The position numbers and the translations under genes were made by a program. Shown piece by piece: positions 14,500 to 26,900 of a DNA stretch of 64,000 nucleotides. Location: assembly GCA_036172245.1 (NCBI GenBank), contig JAYWIR010000024.1, positions 62,001-126,000 of the forward strand, given 5' to 3'. The notes below the pieces were generated by a model that was given only the letters and a program-made list of their open reading frames with translations, was not told the DNA's origin and searched no databases. Source of the stretch: Raillietiella orientalis. Taxonomy: Eukaryota. Position 1 is the first letter of the stretch; each line of letters opens with the position of its first letter.

Positions 14500-15740
14500 G
14501 GCAGCGCCGCAAAACTCCGTACTTTCCTCCTGAATGGCAACCGAGAGTTGCTTCGATGCGGGCACCAACTGAGGCAAATGGTAGCCTTGGCTCAGGGGAC
14601 AGGTAGATTTCCTGCCGCCCCGTCAACTGTGGCACCCGAAAACAGGAAACGGCTGAGGTGTGGGCGGAGAGAAAAGTCTGGAGCTCTCTGGAATCTCTAT
14701 GCATGCGATTCTTGAACTGCAGTCCTTGCTTCTCACTGCAGGAAATCGAGGACTGCCCACAGAAGACAATCTGGGCATGGAACGCTCCACTTGCAGGCAC
14801 ACTACACACCATGCGGCAAAGTAGAAACTGCAATTTCCAGCAAACTCTGGAGACTTCGCGTCTCGCCCTGCGAGATGGGAAGTCCCCAGAGAGTTAGCGG
14901 GAAAAAAGAATCAGCTGGAATGTTGGAAGGCGCATCCACTGAATGACACATGCAGCCCCGCCGTCCTCTCCAAAGGACTTAGTCGCTGGGCGGAACTCCT
15001 GGACATTTCTCATGACAAGGTAGGAATTCCCGAAGTGTTTGTGGACAGCCCCACGCTTCCCCTGAAGCGGCAGAGCTCGGCACTGTAGTTACTGAGCTGG
15101 AGGATTTCAAGCAGCACACAAGTTAACCAGTGGACGAGCTGGAATGCGGCATCAGACTATACCAAGTGCGGGGAACAGGAATCCTTCCGCACCTGCTTAT
15201 TGATTGTGTTACCCTCCGGCCCATTGCGTTTCTCAGCGACTCTAGGAGCACTGGCGGACAATCCCAGAGACGTGTTTAAGCACCATTTCGTGTGTGATGC
15301 CCTTTCACTTGCTGCAGCCCTAGCAGCTCTGTGCTGCCTTCGTGGGATTGTGATGGGCTGGAGCTACGCGAGAGGAGGACTGCGCGATAGGGATGCCATC
15401 TGCTTCTCCCTACGCTTCCTGAGGGCGGCAGTAAGATGGACCTATCTGGGACAAAAGCAGAAGGAACTTGCCTGCATCCTGGAAAGGATGCCGAGGATGG
15501 CCTCCAGCGAAATGTGATCCCTTTACTAATCCTTCCATTTTTTTTAATATATAGTGTCTTTTTATGTTTTATTTTTCCTTTTGTTTGCCCCCTCTCCCTC
15601 CTCTGCAGAGGCAAACCTCGTCGGCCTAGGTGCCGCTCACTCGGCAAAGTTCTAAACATTTTGTGATGTTGTAGGGTCGATGGCCCAACATTTTGTGTGT
15701 TTATTTCTACATTAAACGCCTCGGCGCAACCGAGTGATAA
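14500..15740 (+). mobile_element. L1/Tx1-like LINE 3' fragment
   Basis: KCGEQESF..HLLIDC remnant at ~15160-15210; ORF end ELACILERMPRMASSEM*; terminal ATTAAACGCCTCGGCGCAACCGAGTG. A second, shorter 3' end follows at ~15990-16290. Confidence 0.75.
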
Positions 15741-16699
15741 CGCACTCCCAATGGACAACGGCAGAGAGGTCTTGCGGCGCCCCTTCGCAAGCGACTTGAA
15801 GTCTCCTGCAGCTTCTCTCTCAGCTCCTTGCCTTCTTCGCGAGATTGCGACTCCTAGGGGATGCTCCGAAAGAGGCCAGTCTCTTGCTCCTTCACGAGGA
15901 AGCCGAGAAAGTGGCCACATCTCTGCCAACAAAAGGAGGAAGTTTTTTTCTTTTTTTGAATAATTAAAAATGAAAAAAAAAAAAAAGGAGGAAGTTGCCA
16001 ACATCCTTCGGAGGATGCTGAGGATGCTAGAAAGAAATCTGCAACCTCGTACTTCCCCAACACATTTAAAGGAAGGACTTTTGTGTTTTTCCTTTCTTTT
16101 TTCGCTCCTTCATCCACTTCTGAGGGGGCTTCATCGGGAAAGCTGCTCAGGAGAAGCAACACGGGAGAAGTGCCTCCGAGGTGGTGTGGATGATGGAACA
16201 CCAGCGAGAAGGAAGGCATTTTTTGATCTTGCACATGACTATTCTTTTAGAAGATACTTTTTACAACAAATTCCCTAGCCGTGACGGGGTTCAAATAAAG
16301 GGTCAAAGAGGAGAGGTGGATGCCCCCTGCGTTTCGAGTCTCTCCCGCTGAATGACGCTAGTTGTCCCACGGGCCTCAGGTGCGGTACTGGCAGTAGCCG
16401 AAAATCGGTTGCCCCTGCAGGCTGACTGAGATTCTGACCTTCCGGGGTCGCTCTGGAAACCAAGGTTTCCTTCGTGGCAGTCACAGGTCCCGAAGGCAGA
16501 GGACAGAATAGCAGAGAGTCCGTCTTCTTCGCCTTCTCATTCCTAAGGACCGCGATGAGATGGCAGCACCTGAGACACCACCATGACGAAGCTGCCGGCA
16601 TCTTTGAGAAGATGCAGAGTCCACCAGGAAGCAACCTGTGACCCCTAATCCCACACTGCAAACATTTATTATTTTTTATGGCGAAGGAAACAGCAACTT

Positions 16700-17716
16700 G
16701 TCAAGAAACAACACTTGAAGATCATCCCGAAGAGCAAAGAACCCTGGCAGGAGGAATTTATCCAGGTTATCCCGTAGATGCTCCCCGCGCAGGATGAAAC
16801 GAGGACCAGGATAAACCAGAGGACCGGAGTGACTTTTCGTGATAATGAATCATGGGCACGACGACGACACCTGCATCATTCTTGGGTGCTGCGTTATGTC
16901 GAAAGGATTTCTGGCAGCTTCGCATTCAGGACACGCGAAGTGTGGAAAAATCATCGCGACTTCGCATGGTCCAGAGTAACGAAGAGGAACATTCGCCAGC
17001 AATTAGGATAAGAAGAAGACATCAGCGCACTCCAAGATGCCGACGACCGCTACGCTAGTAGTGGATTTAATCCACTGGCGATTGGGACGGTGCTCTAGAG
17101 GAGTGATTTAGCACCGGAAACTCAAGATAACCTCCTCATGTTCTTCCATGGAGGTATCATGAGTGGTTCCAGGATGAAGCACTTCACGGGAACAGGAGAC
17201 GAAGAAATCTGCAGGAAGTGTGGTGGAATAGATACAAGACGTCACGTACTGACTTCCCCCCCCCTGCAAGCCTAGTGGACTACTCTGAAAAGGGCCATCG
17301 GGCTGTCCAACTTCTCGACGATGGAGGTTTGGGCAGGGAAGTTCCAGGGAACTGGAACGGTTTCCCGCTATAACCCTATGGTAAGAGTGACGATCGCCCT
17401 TTTCATCACCGCCATTATTGTAAGGTGGTGGAAGATGAAGACCACGAGGACCACAATATCTCCCCTAGGAAACCTGATAGGGCTCATCCAGAGGGAGATT
17501 GGAATCAGAAACTGCGGACGAGTGCAGACCTGGAACTATCGGCATATCCTGAGAAGGATTGGAGGAGGAACCCAGGCCCAAACGACACCCAGCTGATTAA
17601 TGCAGCGAACTTTCCAGAGACCCCAAGAAGCAGACTTCAAGTGAACCCCAGCGATAGGAAGTGCAATCTTTGTGCAATGTGTATGCATGAGATTGTAGTG
17701 TGAAAGAGAAAATAAA
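16700..17716 (+). mobile_element. 3' fragment of a different LINE family spanning the symmetry centre (17440)
   Basis: EEICRKCGGIDTRRHVL zinc-finger-like remnant at ~17200-17255; ends in AATAAA at ~17710. Confidence 0.5.
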
Positions 17717-18782
17717 TTCACCCCAACCCTTGCAGGACTTGGGGAAACGTTAATAATTTTTTGTTTCCTGCTTATTCTCCCTCCAATTATCTTCAGTGCG
17801 CAGACCCTTTCCGGGGACTGCTCCGGGCAGATGGCACCTCCGGAACATCCCAAAGTAATGGCAATATAGAAACACTGGAAGCTTCCTCGACAAAAGATGT
17901 CACAGCTTGGAAAACAACCTGAAGTCCGAGTTCACCAGGGTGATTCGGCGCAAGTTGTCCAAATGGCGGAAGTCTCCTGCTTCGGGGACCATACGCACCT
18001 TCGCCGAGGGAAAGGAAGCCGTGACATGTCGAACTCCCCTCGTCCGTCCCTATTTTTTGTATTTCCGCCCTCTTCTTTCGTGAAGACCTGGACGACGCGC
18101 ATCCTACGGAAAGCATAGTTGGGTGCTCATGCCATGAAAGTGGCCTTAATTAGCCGCGAATCTGAGTCCAATACGCGGCGAGCTGTCATCGTGGCACGGA
18201 TGTAACAGATTACTGCAATCACAGCGCTCGTTCGCTCTTCCGGCTGTCGGTCGGTGGCGAAGGACTCGCAACCCTGTTTGCGTGCCATCATCGCCGACTC
18301 ACATCTAGCAGATTCCCCTTCCGGTGCGTCGCTACTCCGCAGAGAGCGAACATGTGGATTTCGCGCCCCCCTGAGAATGCTCTGGTCTGGCGGCAGAAGA
18401 AAGTGAGGATATAGGCTCCAGCTCACCCGAATCCTGCAGCCGATCGTTTCAGGAGAACGGAAGAACATTGGAGGAGGTGGGTAGTGAGCTAGCTGACTTT
18501 GCTGGGATAGCCACCAGCCAGCCCCTTCGCCGCAGCGGTGTCCTTTGCTGTAAGGGTACATGTCACCTGACTTCCGGCGAAGTGGGAGGTTTGCTGCGGG
18601 ATCTCGGTCGGCATAAAACCTATAAGATCGCTTCCTGTGTTGCAGCTTTAGGATTCTTCTTGATACTGAAAAGAAGGAGTGGGTGGGGGCAGCGCCACGC
18701 CGCATGCAGGACGGCGACCAGCTTCAACGAGCAACCACTCTTTCGGAAGCGTTCTGCTAGACAGACGCGGCCAAAAAGGATT

Positions 18783-18901
18783 GGTCCACGGCACCCGGGG
18801 TTCCCAGGCGGTCGCCCATCCAAGTACTGATCGGGCCCGACGCTGCTTAACTTCGCCGATCGAACGAGAGACGGTGCTTTCAGCGTGGTGTGGCCGTGAA
18901 C
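18783..18901 (-). rRNA. 5S rRNA gene (copy A)
   Basis: 119 nt GTTCACGGCCACACCACGCTGAAAGC...AGTTAAGCAGCGTCGGG...AGTACTTGGATGGGCGACCGCCTGGGAA...CCGTGGACC. Box A and box C present, ends base-pair, T-run terminator follows. Confidence 0.95.
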
Positions 18902-20051
18902 GGAGGCCTTTCCCTACAAGGCACTTTTTGGGACACTTTCGCAAGGGAGCTCCCCGCCTCCGCGACCGCGTGCACTTCTCCAGTGCGAACTTTTCCTGAC
19001 GCGCATTCCTCGTTGCATCGCATTCTCTTCGCCCTGCTCCGCTACTGTTCCACCTGAGCCTCCAGGCTTCGTTGGCCAACAAAAGGCTTGTTATTCTCTG
19101 AGGTGTAGCAGCTGCGACGGGACGTGGGAAGTGCTGGGCCTCCCTCGCTCGCCGCAGAGGATCATCGAGCAGGGAATGCTCTCTCTCATGCCAAACGCGT
19201 GCGTCCGCTTTGGCCGATCGTAGAACGGAATGTGCAGGAGGCTCTTGGAGACCACTCGGCAAGGTGAGGGGAGGATGCAACTGGAGTCTGATAGGAGTGC
19301 GGGCGTGTGTCAGAGGAATCTGACTCCCGGCAGATTGCCTTCAGCCACGAAGAATCTTCGTATGCCTCTTGAAGACACCGGCTTACATCGTTCTATACAA
19401 TGAAGAAGCGTTCCTCTGTACGGCAAGCCACGCGTGCTCCACTTGTTGAGAACGGTCAATCAGCCACTAAGCTGACGCGAGCAGCTGCTAGGCCCGTGAG
19501 GGAAGGCCGGAGTACCGGAAGGGCACTAAGCTGACTGTCGGATGCCCTCTTGACTCTGGTTGTTGCTCTGCACGCCTGTCGAGATGCCAGCGGATCTGCA
19601 GGCCGCACTGCGGACCAGGAGACAACCTTCAAGCCACCGTCTTGAGCATGGTTGACCTCTCTTACCCGCTGCGAGCATGAAGGGGCATGGTGCGGCGTGC
19701 ACCAGATGGAAACACCAAGGAAAACCTCGCGTGGGACCACGACGTGCCTGCACGCACCTCTCGGTTGACAACTGTGAGAGGTCGATAGGAAGTTTGAACG
19801 GTGGGTCGTCCCCCGGACGGATAAGAGGGAGTGAGGAGCAGAAAGAGCGGCAAAGGGTGCGAGGGAACTCTGCAGCGAGAGCCGTCGTCGTCGCTCAGGA
19901 GGAAGCGTAGCGGACCACGGCGGAGAGAATCCGAAGGCAGGACGAACGTGCGTAAGCAAAACACTCGCACTGGAGGAGAATACGCTGCCACGAGGGCGGG
20001 GAGCGCCCTTGCGGGAGTGTAACAAAGAGCGCCATCAAGGATACGGCCGTC

Positions 20052-20171
20052 GTGGACGGCCACGTCTCTCTGAAAGCATCGTCTCTCTCTTCCGATCGGC
20101 GAAGTTAAGCAACATCGGGTGCGGTTAGTACTTGGATGGGCGTCCGCCTGCTAACTCCGGGCGCCGTGACC
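20052..20171 (+). pseudogene. Divergent 5S rRNA copy (B), probable pseudogene or variant
   Basis: Retains GAAGTTAAGC, GTTAGTACTTGGATGGG and a downstream T-run. Helix II (ACGCTG/CAGCGT in A and C) becomes CTCTCTG/CAACAT, and helix I is mismatched. Confidence 0.8.
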
Positions 20172-20493
20172 TTACTCTTTTTTCCTTTTTTGTGCGCTGT
20201 GCGTCTCTGAGCAAGAAGACTTCCAAGTTGAACGCGAACTTGCTGATTGTCCTTTCGGTTTGGATAAGCAGTTCCTCCGACATGCGACTTGCCCTTTGCA
20301 AAGCCTTCGGGGCAGCAGATGAGAGGACGCGTGTGCTTTTGCTGGTACGATGCTCGTGGCCTCGAGGCACCGTCTCCGTTTTGTGCTGCTCCATTGGATG
20401 CCCGCCCGCGCGGGTGCAAACTTCTGACCGCCTGGTGCCTCGTAAGTTAGGCCGCTTTAGCGTAAGAAAAGAGCCGTTAACGGAATGCTTGTC

Positions 20494-20612
20494 GTCCACG
20501 GCCACACCACGCTGAAAGCACCGTCTCTCGTTCGATCGGCGAAGTTAAGCAGCGTCGGGCCCGATCAGTACTTGGATGGGCGACCGCCTGGGAACCCCGG
20601 GTGCCGTGGACC
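20494..20612 (+). rRNA. 5S rRNA gene (copy C)
   Basis: 119 nt, identical to copy A except position 3. Helix I GTCCACGGC/GCCGTGGAC pairs perfectly; TTTTT at 20617-20621. Confidence 0.96.
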
Positions 20613-20998
20613 AATCTTTTTACGCCCGCGCCTGTCCAGAAAATTCCCACTTGTCGTAACCAACCCACGATTTTTTGCACACTTTTCCTTTCATACTTTC
20701 GTTGTGCTCTTCTGTGCACTGATTCTTGACTTCTCAACTTTTCGTAGTCTCTCTAGAAAACCTGCCACCCCTCTTCCGTTTCGAAATTCAAATGTCTTCT
20801 TGCGCAGAGTGATGGTGGAAGCTCTTTTTCTGCTCCTCGTTTAGCGCTGCCTTTGAGTCCTCCTGTCATTCGTCCTTAATAATAAGACATATGGGTGAAA
20901 GGAATTTAGCAATGAGCAAAGTTTTTTTATACATGGGATAAGCACTGAACAGCAAAGCACAGGGAGGCCTAGTATTTAATGCTTTTGCTTTTGTAGCT

Positions 20999-23900
20999 CA
21001 CGCTCGCTTGAAACCGCCGTCACTCAAGATCTTGGAAGGGGTCACGAGATCCTCGATCTCTGACTGATAGAAGGGAACATCCCTAGGGCATGGTTCACGC
21101 CAGTGCAGTCAACTCATAGCAACGCGAATATGCAAGGGAAAGCACGAGGCCATTTGAGCAGTTTCGAGGGACCACTCGCCGCTTCCTTCTGCAGTTGCAA
21201 AGTTCTGCCCAGCTTCCTGTTCCTGGGACGTCTCGAGGCTCAGGAGAAACCTTTCCCACAAGCACAGCACAGCGACACTTCATCGAAAGTACTAGAAGTT
21301 TGTGGACGGCCAATTCGAGTCTTCCTCGAACCAGCGGTGCTAGGAAGAAGCTTCCTTATCCCTTATCCCTAGGGTAGGAGCATCTCGTGGACCCGCTATC
21401 TCGACATCTGCACGAACAACCACCATGAGTCTTCCTGCAACGCAGGTGCTTTACCAGCATGCGTTGTTCCGTGAACGCTGCTACAATTCCTGTGCGCTGG
21501 ATTGCAAACGGGAGAGAAAACGCCTCCTCCCCAAGTTTCTTGGAGAAGGGGCTCCTTCGGTGGCCGAAATCGCCGAGACAGACCCCTGAAGAGCATGTAA
21601 GTCCTCTGCTGTGAGAGGAAGGTCCAATGTTCTCCTTGAAATAGAAGCAGGATGACTGCGGTTTGCGCACCGAGGTCTTCAGTGCAATCCTCGACTTCCG
21701 CGGGAGTGTCGTTGCAGAACGATTCAAGCTAAGGTGCGACGGTTCTCGCAACTCCCTTTGCACTGAGGCGAATTTAGAAACCGTGGTGGCGGCTGTCTTC
21801 GGCGCTGCTGTACATGGAGAACAGCGCCAAGGAATTGCTGCGGTAATTCCTGACTGTCGGTGAGCGACGTGGCTTCAACGAGCTGCTGCATCCGCGTCTT
21901 CGCCACAGCCCGTCACCTGCTGTTCGAGTTTCGGGCATCGCGAAGGGAAGGGCAGCCGTCGAAATGCGCTTCATCCAATTGACTTCGTCTGGAAGTTCGC
22001 CGTCATCTACGACGGTTACAAGGAGAAACGATTGCATGATGCCAGAGAACCCTAAACTCACGCTCCGTTCCTTTGTTTCTTCAGCCATCGATATCCACCT
22101 TCCGCACTCTGGGCTCCCTACAGCCAGCTCGTCTGCGAACGCTCCCGTTGAACTTCTTGCTCGTTTCGTTGGAGAACTGTGCACCAGAGGGTCTGTTGAT
22201 TGATTTGGTACAGTGTGAAATTCTATGAGAGACGTGGGGTGACAAGGGAGACGCAAAATTTTCTTGGTGCTGGTGCTCGAAGAATTTCATAGATGAGGGA
22301 TCCTTTCAAACGATTGACCCCGGTGCTTCAGCAGCACCTGCTACTCTCGTGCCGCTGCTGGAACTGCGACGCTTGGCCGAAGGAGACCGTGGCACCCCAG
22401 GTGTCCACTGTGGAACTACACCGTAAACAGCTCGTCCCCTGCGATCTCTTCTGACCGTTCCTGGTGTGGATCCCGAGGTAATTTGCTTCGTCCATGGTCC
22501 TTCGCCTGTGCGAGCGCGGGACAGTGACGTCCGTTATTCCTGAAGTGTGTAGGGGTGAATCGAGCTTGAGGTACGTGATTCTGTAAGCATAATGGATTGA
22601 AAAGTGGTTGTTTCTTGTTACATGAGTTCATTGGGAGCTCAGTTGCTTTGAAGGCAAGAGGCTATGCCGCTTCGCTCCAGGAAGAGTAGGTGTGAGGGAG
22701 CGGTAGTATCTTCGAGGAGGAGTCGTATGCGTGTGCATGGAACCTATGCATCGCGGGCGTTCTTTTCGAGGCAAAAATTCGCGTGTGCCCTTTGCACATC
22801 ACTCCATTTCGGGTTCCTTTTTTTTTTTGAAGTGTCTTTCAGTGTCCAGAGTATTTGGGCTTTCATACATACCATAGGTGAATGAATTCTGCACTTACCT
22901 GCAGTTCGTTAGGCAATACATTATCCTCGCGGACCGTGATCTGCAGCAGGGCTACCAAATACCCCGGAAAAGCCTTCGTAGGCATAAAGAGGTGAAGTTT
23001 TTGACCCCCCCCCCTTTGTGATGGGGGCTCTCAGCAGCCGTTGAGTGAGCTTTTCACTTCTGCAGTTCAGCTCAACGAGCTGTCCCTCGCTACGGATGGG
23101 GAGGTCAAGTGCGTCTTTCTCGGGAATCTTTGATTTTTTGAGCTCCAGAGAAAAAGAGAAAAACAGAGACCACCTACCTTATACAGTAGTGAGGGGTTGT
23201 ACCCGGTAGCTTCGTACGCCCTCTATTCTGCTGTGGCTATTGGCGATGAGATCGCCACTGCAGCACTCCATGCCCTCTCCGGGGAGGGAGGTGATTCCGT
23301 GGGCAAGCAAGTTTCCAATTCCAAGCCGTGGTTTGCATAGCAGCACCAGCAACGCCAACTCCCGCGGGGGGCCATCCACCTCCTCCGGAGGTTTCGCGAG
23401 CAGCTCGCCCTAGCGTGACAGTGCTTTCGGATGGACATTCGGAGTCGCAGCATCGGTGACCTGCCGAGTTATCCACGCACATAGCAGTTTCATTCTTTCT
23501 GCAATGTAGGTGGACACTTCCCACTTTGCCGGAAGGTCTCCGTTCCTTGATTCCCTCAGGCGGAGCAGCACTGGGACAGGGGGGGGGGGGGCAGGTGTGA
23601 TCGAAGCCCCCACATCAGCTTGCGTGGGTTGCACGCGATCTTCGGCAGCAGCTATCGAGTTGTATCTTCTTTTCCAGAGGCAGGCGTACTCCGCCTCCCT
23701 CGAGTGGTGGATCTTTTCCCATGCTGAGAATTTGTATTTGTAATTTTTCCTGAGTATCTGCTTTTGTTTAATTGGAACAAGAAGGAATAAACGTGTGTAA
23801 GCATGCATGGTGTTGAACGAAATCGCTTTTATTTTGCGTCAGTAGGGAATGTTTTTTTTTTTATTAATATACTGTAGGATGCACGAGAATCTGCCTATTC

Positions 23901-26900
23901 GCGAGCAAGAAGTCCACTGGATTCCTTCTTAGAAAGAAGGTTCCCATTTGTACTTGATGATTTTTCAGCTCTTGGTTCATGTGGATCATTATTCTGCAGT
24001 CATCTTGTGCACCACTCTCTGAATCCACCTGAAATCGTCTCTCTTTCTCAGGCCTTCTGAATGCTCCTTGCCAAGTTACCTTCATCACAAGATCTTTAAG
24101 AGTAAAGCTGAATAGCCGATTGTTCATGATGATGGTGAAATATAGTGTCTTCTTAGCCTTGGAACAAGGTATCTAGCAGTCTTGTGGATGCAAATCTACC
24201 GACAGCTATTACCTACCGTCGATGATTCATCTACGTATTCCCGATACACTTTTTTTATTCGTTTAGTGACACGCGAATAGGATGTTTCCGAAAGAAAAAG
24301 ACCCGCTTTTTCGAAATCGAAAATTGAAATACAATTTTCGTAGCAGAGTGCTGTCGAATCGAAACTTACTCTGAAAAAGATGATCAGCAGTCTGACAGCA
24401 CATCTTTCTGCAATCCCTTACGACTCTATCGGGAACAACCAATAGTCCAATGACGTACTTTGGATGAGGGTATCTCCAGAAGCGAGGTCCTTCAGTGGAA
24501 TCCTATGGTGATGTTTCCAACTTCATGGTCTGCTTTTGGTTGTCTGCAAGTTGGGTGAAATCGATTAGAAGTTGCCAACATTCACCGTCATCGATCTTTT
24601 CAAAGACGGAAATTCACATGTCTGTGAAAGAAGAGAGTCCTTTCAGTAAATTCAAGAGACCACCGCGAAAGCTGCGTTCTTGAGAATAGATCGAGAAATG
24701 CGGTGTGATGTGAGATGGAGAAGAAGAAAACTGATGAACGCGGTGAAGCGTAAGCTGGCTGAGCGATCCCCATTCCTACATTTTAACTCGTGGCTGCTCA
24801 ACAGAATCTCCCTGGATGAAGTTCCCAGTTCTGATCGACTCTGGCTGGCATACTCTAAGCTTAGCAAACCAAAACTCGTCATTTTCTGTGTTTTTGTTTT
24901 CCAGATCTTTCGAGTTCTACTCGCGTGCACTTCATACCGTTCCTGCAGGTTGGCCTGGATTCGGTCGAGGCTGCTCGAATTGCCGTTGCATCTTTCCAGC
25001 TTCTTGGAAACCTTGTCTATGTAAGGTCATCTCGCATTTCCAGTTCTCCACTCCTGAGGGAGTTTGATCTTTGTCCTAACAACCATCCATTCATAGTTAT
25101 GTGCTGCCAATTCACGATTGGTTTTTGGAAACAAATGAAAACACACGGATGGTCTACTTCTTGGAAGCACATCTGTTCTGCCTAGTACTCGTCATCTTGA
25201 TGTTTCGTGCAGGTGACATTGGGAGAACAATAAGGCACCGTGTAAACATGTAGGATCGAGCCACATGCCCTTCCGCAGAACTAATCATTTTTGTCTCTTC
25301 GGAAAATTCATTTCAAAGACAATTTCAATCATTTTCGAACTCCTTAAGTAGTTCCAGCCTGAAGATTGAAGTCTTCTGCCATATCCCTCATACCAGTGGT
25401 GCATCCATTTTTGCTGTCGAAAGATTTAGACAAGAGACTGATGGAAATCAGCTCGAAGCAGAGGGAAAGGAAGACCCAGTTACTTTGTTTTCCATCATCT
25501 CTTCGTGAGTTTGGATTTTGCTTAGCTGCTCTGGCTCGGGGACTGAGATGAACAGAAAAAGAACCAAAATGAAATCTGCACGCGGGTGTGCACGAATGAG
25601 GCAACCAATGAAGAAAGTCCTTCAGAATGAAACAGGAAGATGGAGCATACAAAAGGGAATGATGGGAGTTCAGCTGCTCATCCTTCCAAACAAAATAGTT
25701 CCTTCGAAAGTTCGTATCGCAGCAGGGAAAGTCCATGTGAGCAGTTCCTTTAATTCCCTGCCGAGCGTAGTTCCGTCTCTATGGGAACACGTTTCTGTGT
25801 CATTTTGCTGTGCGCAGAAAAACGAAGGACTCGATGTCCCACGAAGACAATGCAACATTGCAATCCTACGGCTGGCGCAGTTCGGGGATGCAGCTGTCGC
25901 GGAGGTGAGGTGCTGATGGCCTCGATGCAGAACCAACAGCGCCACCTCGCGCTTCCTCTTTGCCGGAGACGCTGAAGTGTTCCAACACGAGGGAGGACCC
26001 ACGGGGTCGTCGGGGGGGCACACTCATCATCTGATCCCCCACCGATGCAGCCCCTTCGCCATGGTGCGCGGAGTCAAATCGAATCCGGCGTGGACGTCGC
26101 CTTTCAGCGATGGGCGTGTGCAAGAAACAACCCTCCTCCATGTTAGTGGTCCCTGGTGGCACCCCGCATTCCTGCCGAATTGGCGTTTCGAGTGCTCCCG
26201 ACCTGATCGGAAAGGCAGCCAATTTCGCCGAATTGGCGCGAGAGCAACCCTCTCCAGGGTTAGCAAGGACGCGGAGTGCTCTTCAAGGACGTCTTGCGAG
26301 TGGCCGGCAATTCTTTCTGCCACGCAGAGCAAACTCTGCATTCGGATGCACGCTGATGCTGCCGGATCTGCGGAAGCTTCTGCATATCCGCTGACGGGTT
26401 ACCCTGCCAACGCCTTCGGGCCAAGCAAGGCAGACTGTTGACTTTTCCGGCCCGCCGTGAATGCCGGCCCGAACCGAAGCCTCGCGGAAATGCGAAAAAA
26501 CCGCGCGTTCGAAAGGAACAGCTGCGACGGCCTTCCACCCGAAAACTTCAAGAAGCCCTGAATTTGTTGCTCTCTCCCCGTGAGTTCTCGAGCCGCACCC
26601 GAAAGAAGGGCGCTCGAAACCGAGGTCTGCTCGCCGTCTCAGAGATTCGGTCAGCGCGCGCGCTCGTTAATGTTGGGCCGCTCGACGTTCTTCAGTGTTC
26701 AACTGCTCGTGTCGAGCCCACTGCAAGGTTCCCGACAGTTCAGGTGCCCGCGCCTGGGAACGGGACATCGACCAAGGAATTTGCAGAGCGAAAAGTGCGC
26801 GGTACTTCAACGTGGAGTGCGCCAGAAGCAAGGTGCGCAGTTTCTTTCCTGTTACCCATGAGGGCTCCTCTTTCTCATGGAAGCATCAAATTGATCTTCG

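Noticed and set aside
13882..20998. Extrachromosomal palindromic rDNA as in Tetrahymena or Dictyostelium
   Set aside because: No 18S, 5.8S or 28S sequence and no telomeric repeats; the 5S genes lie in the spacer, not the arms.
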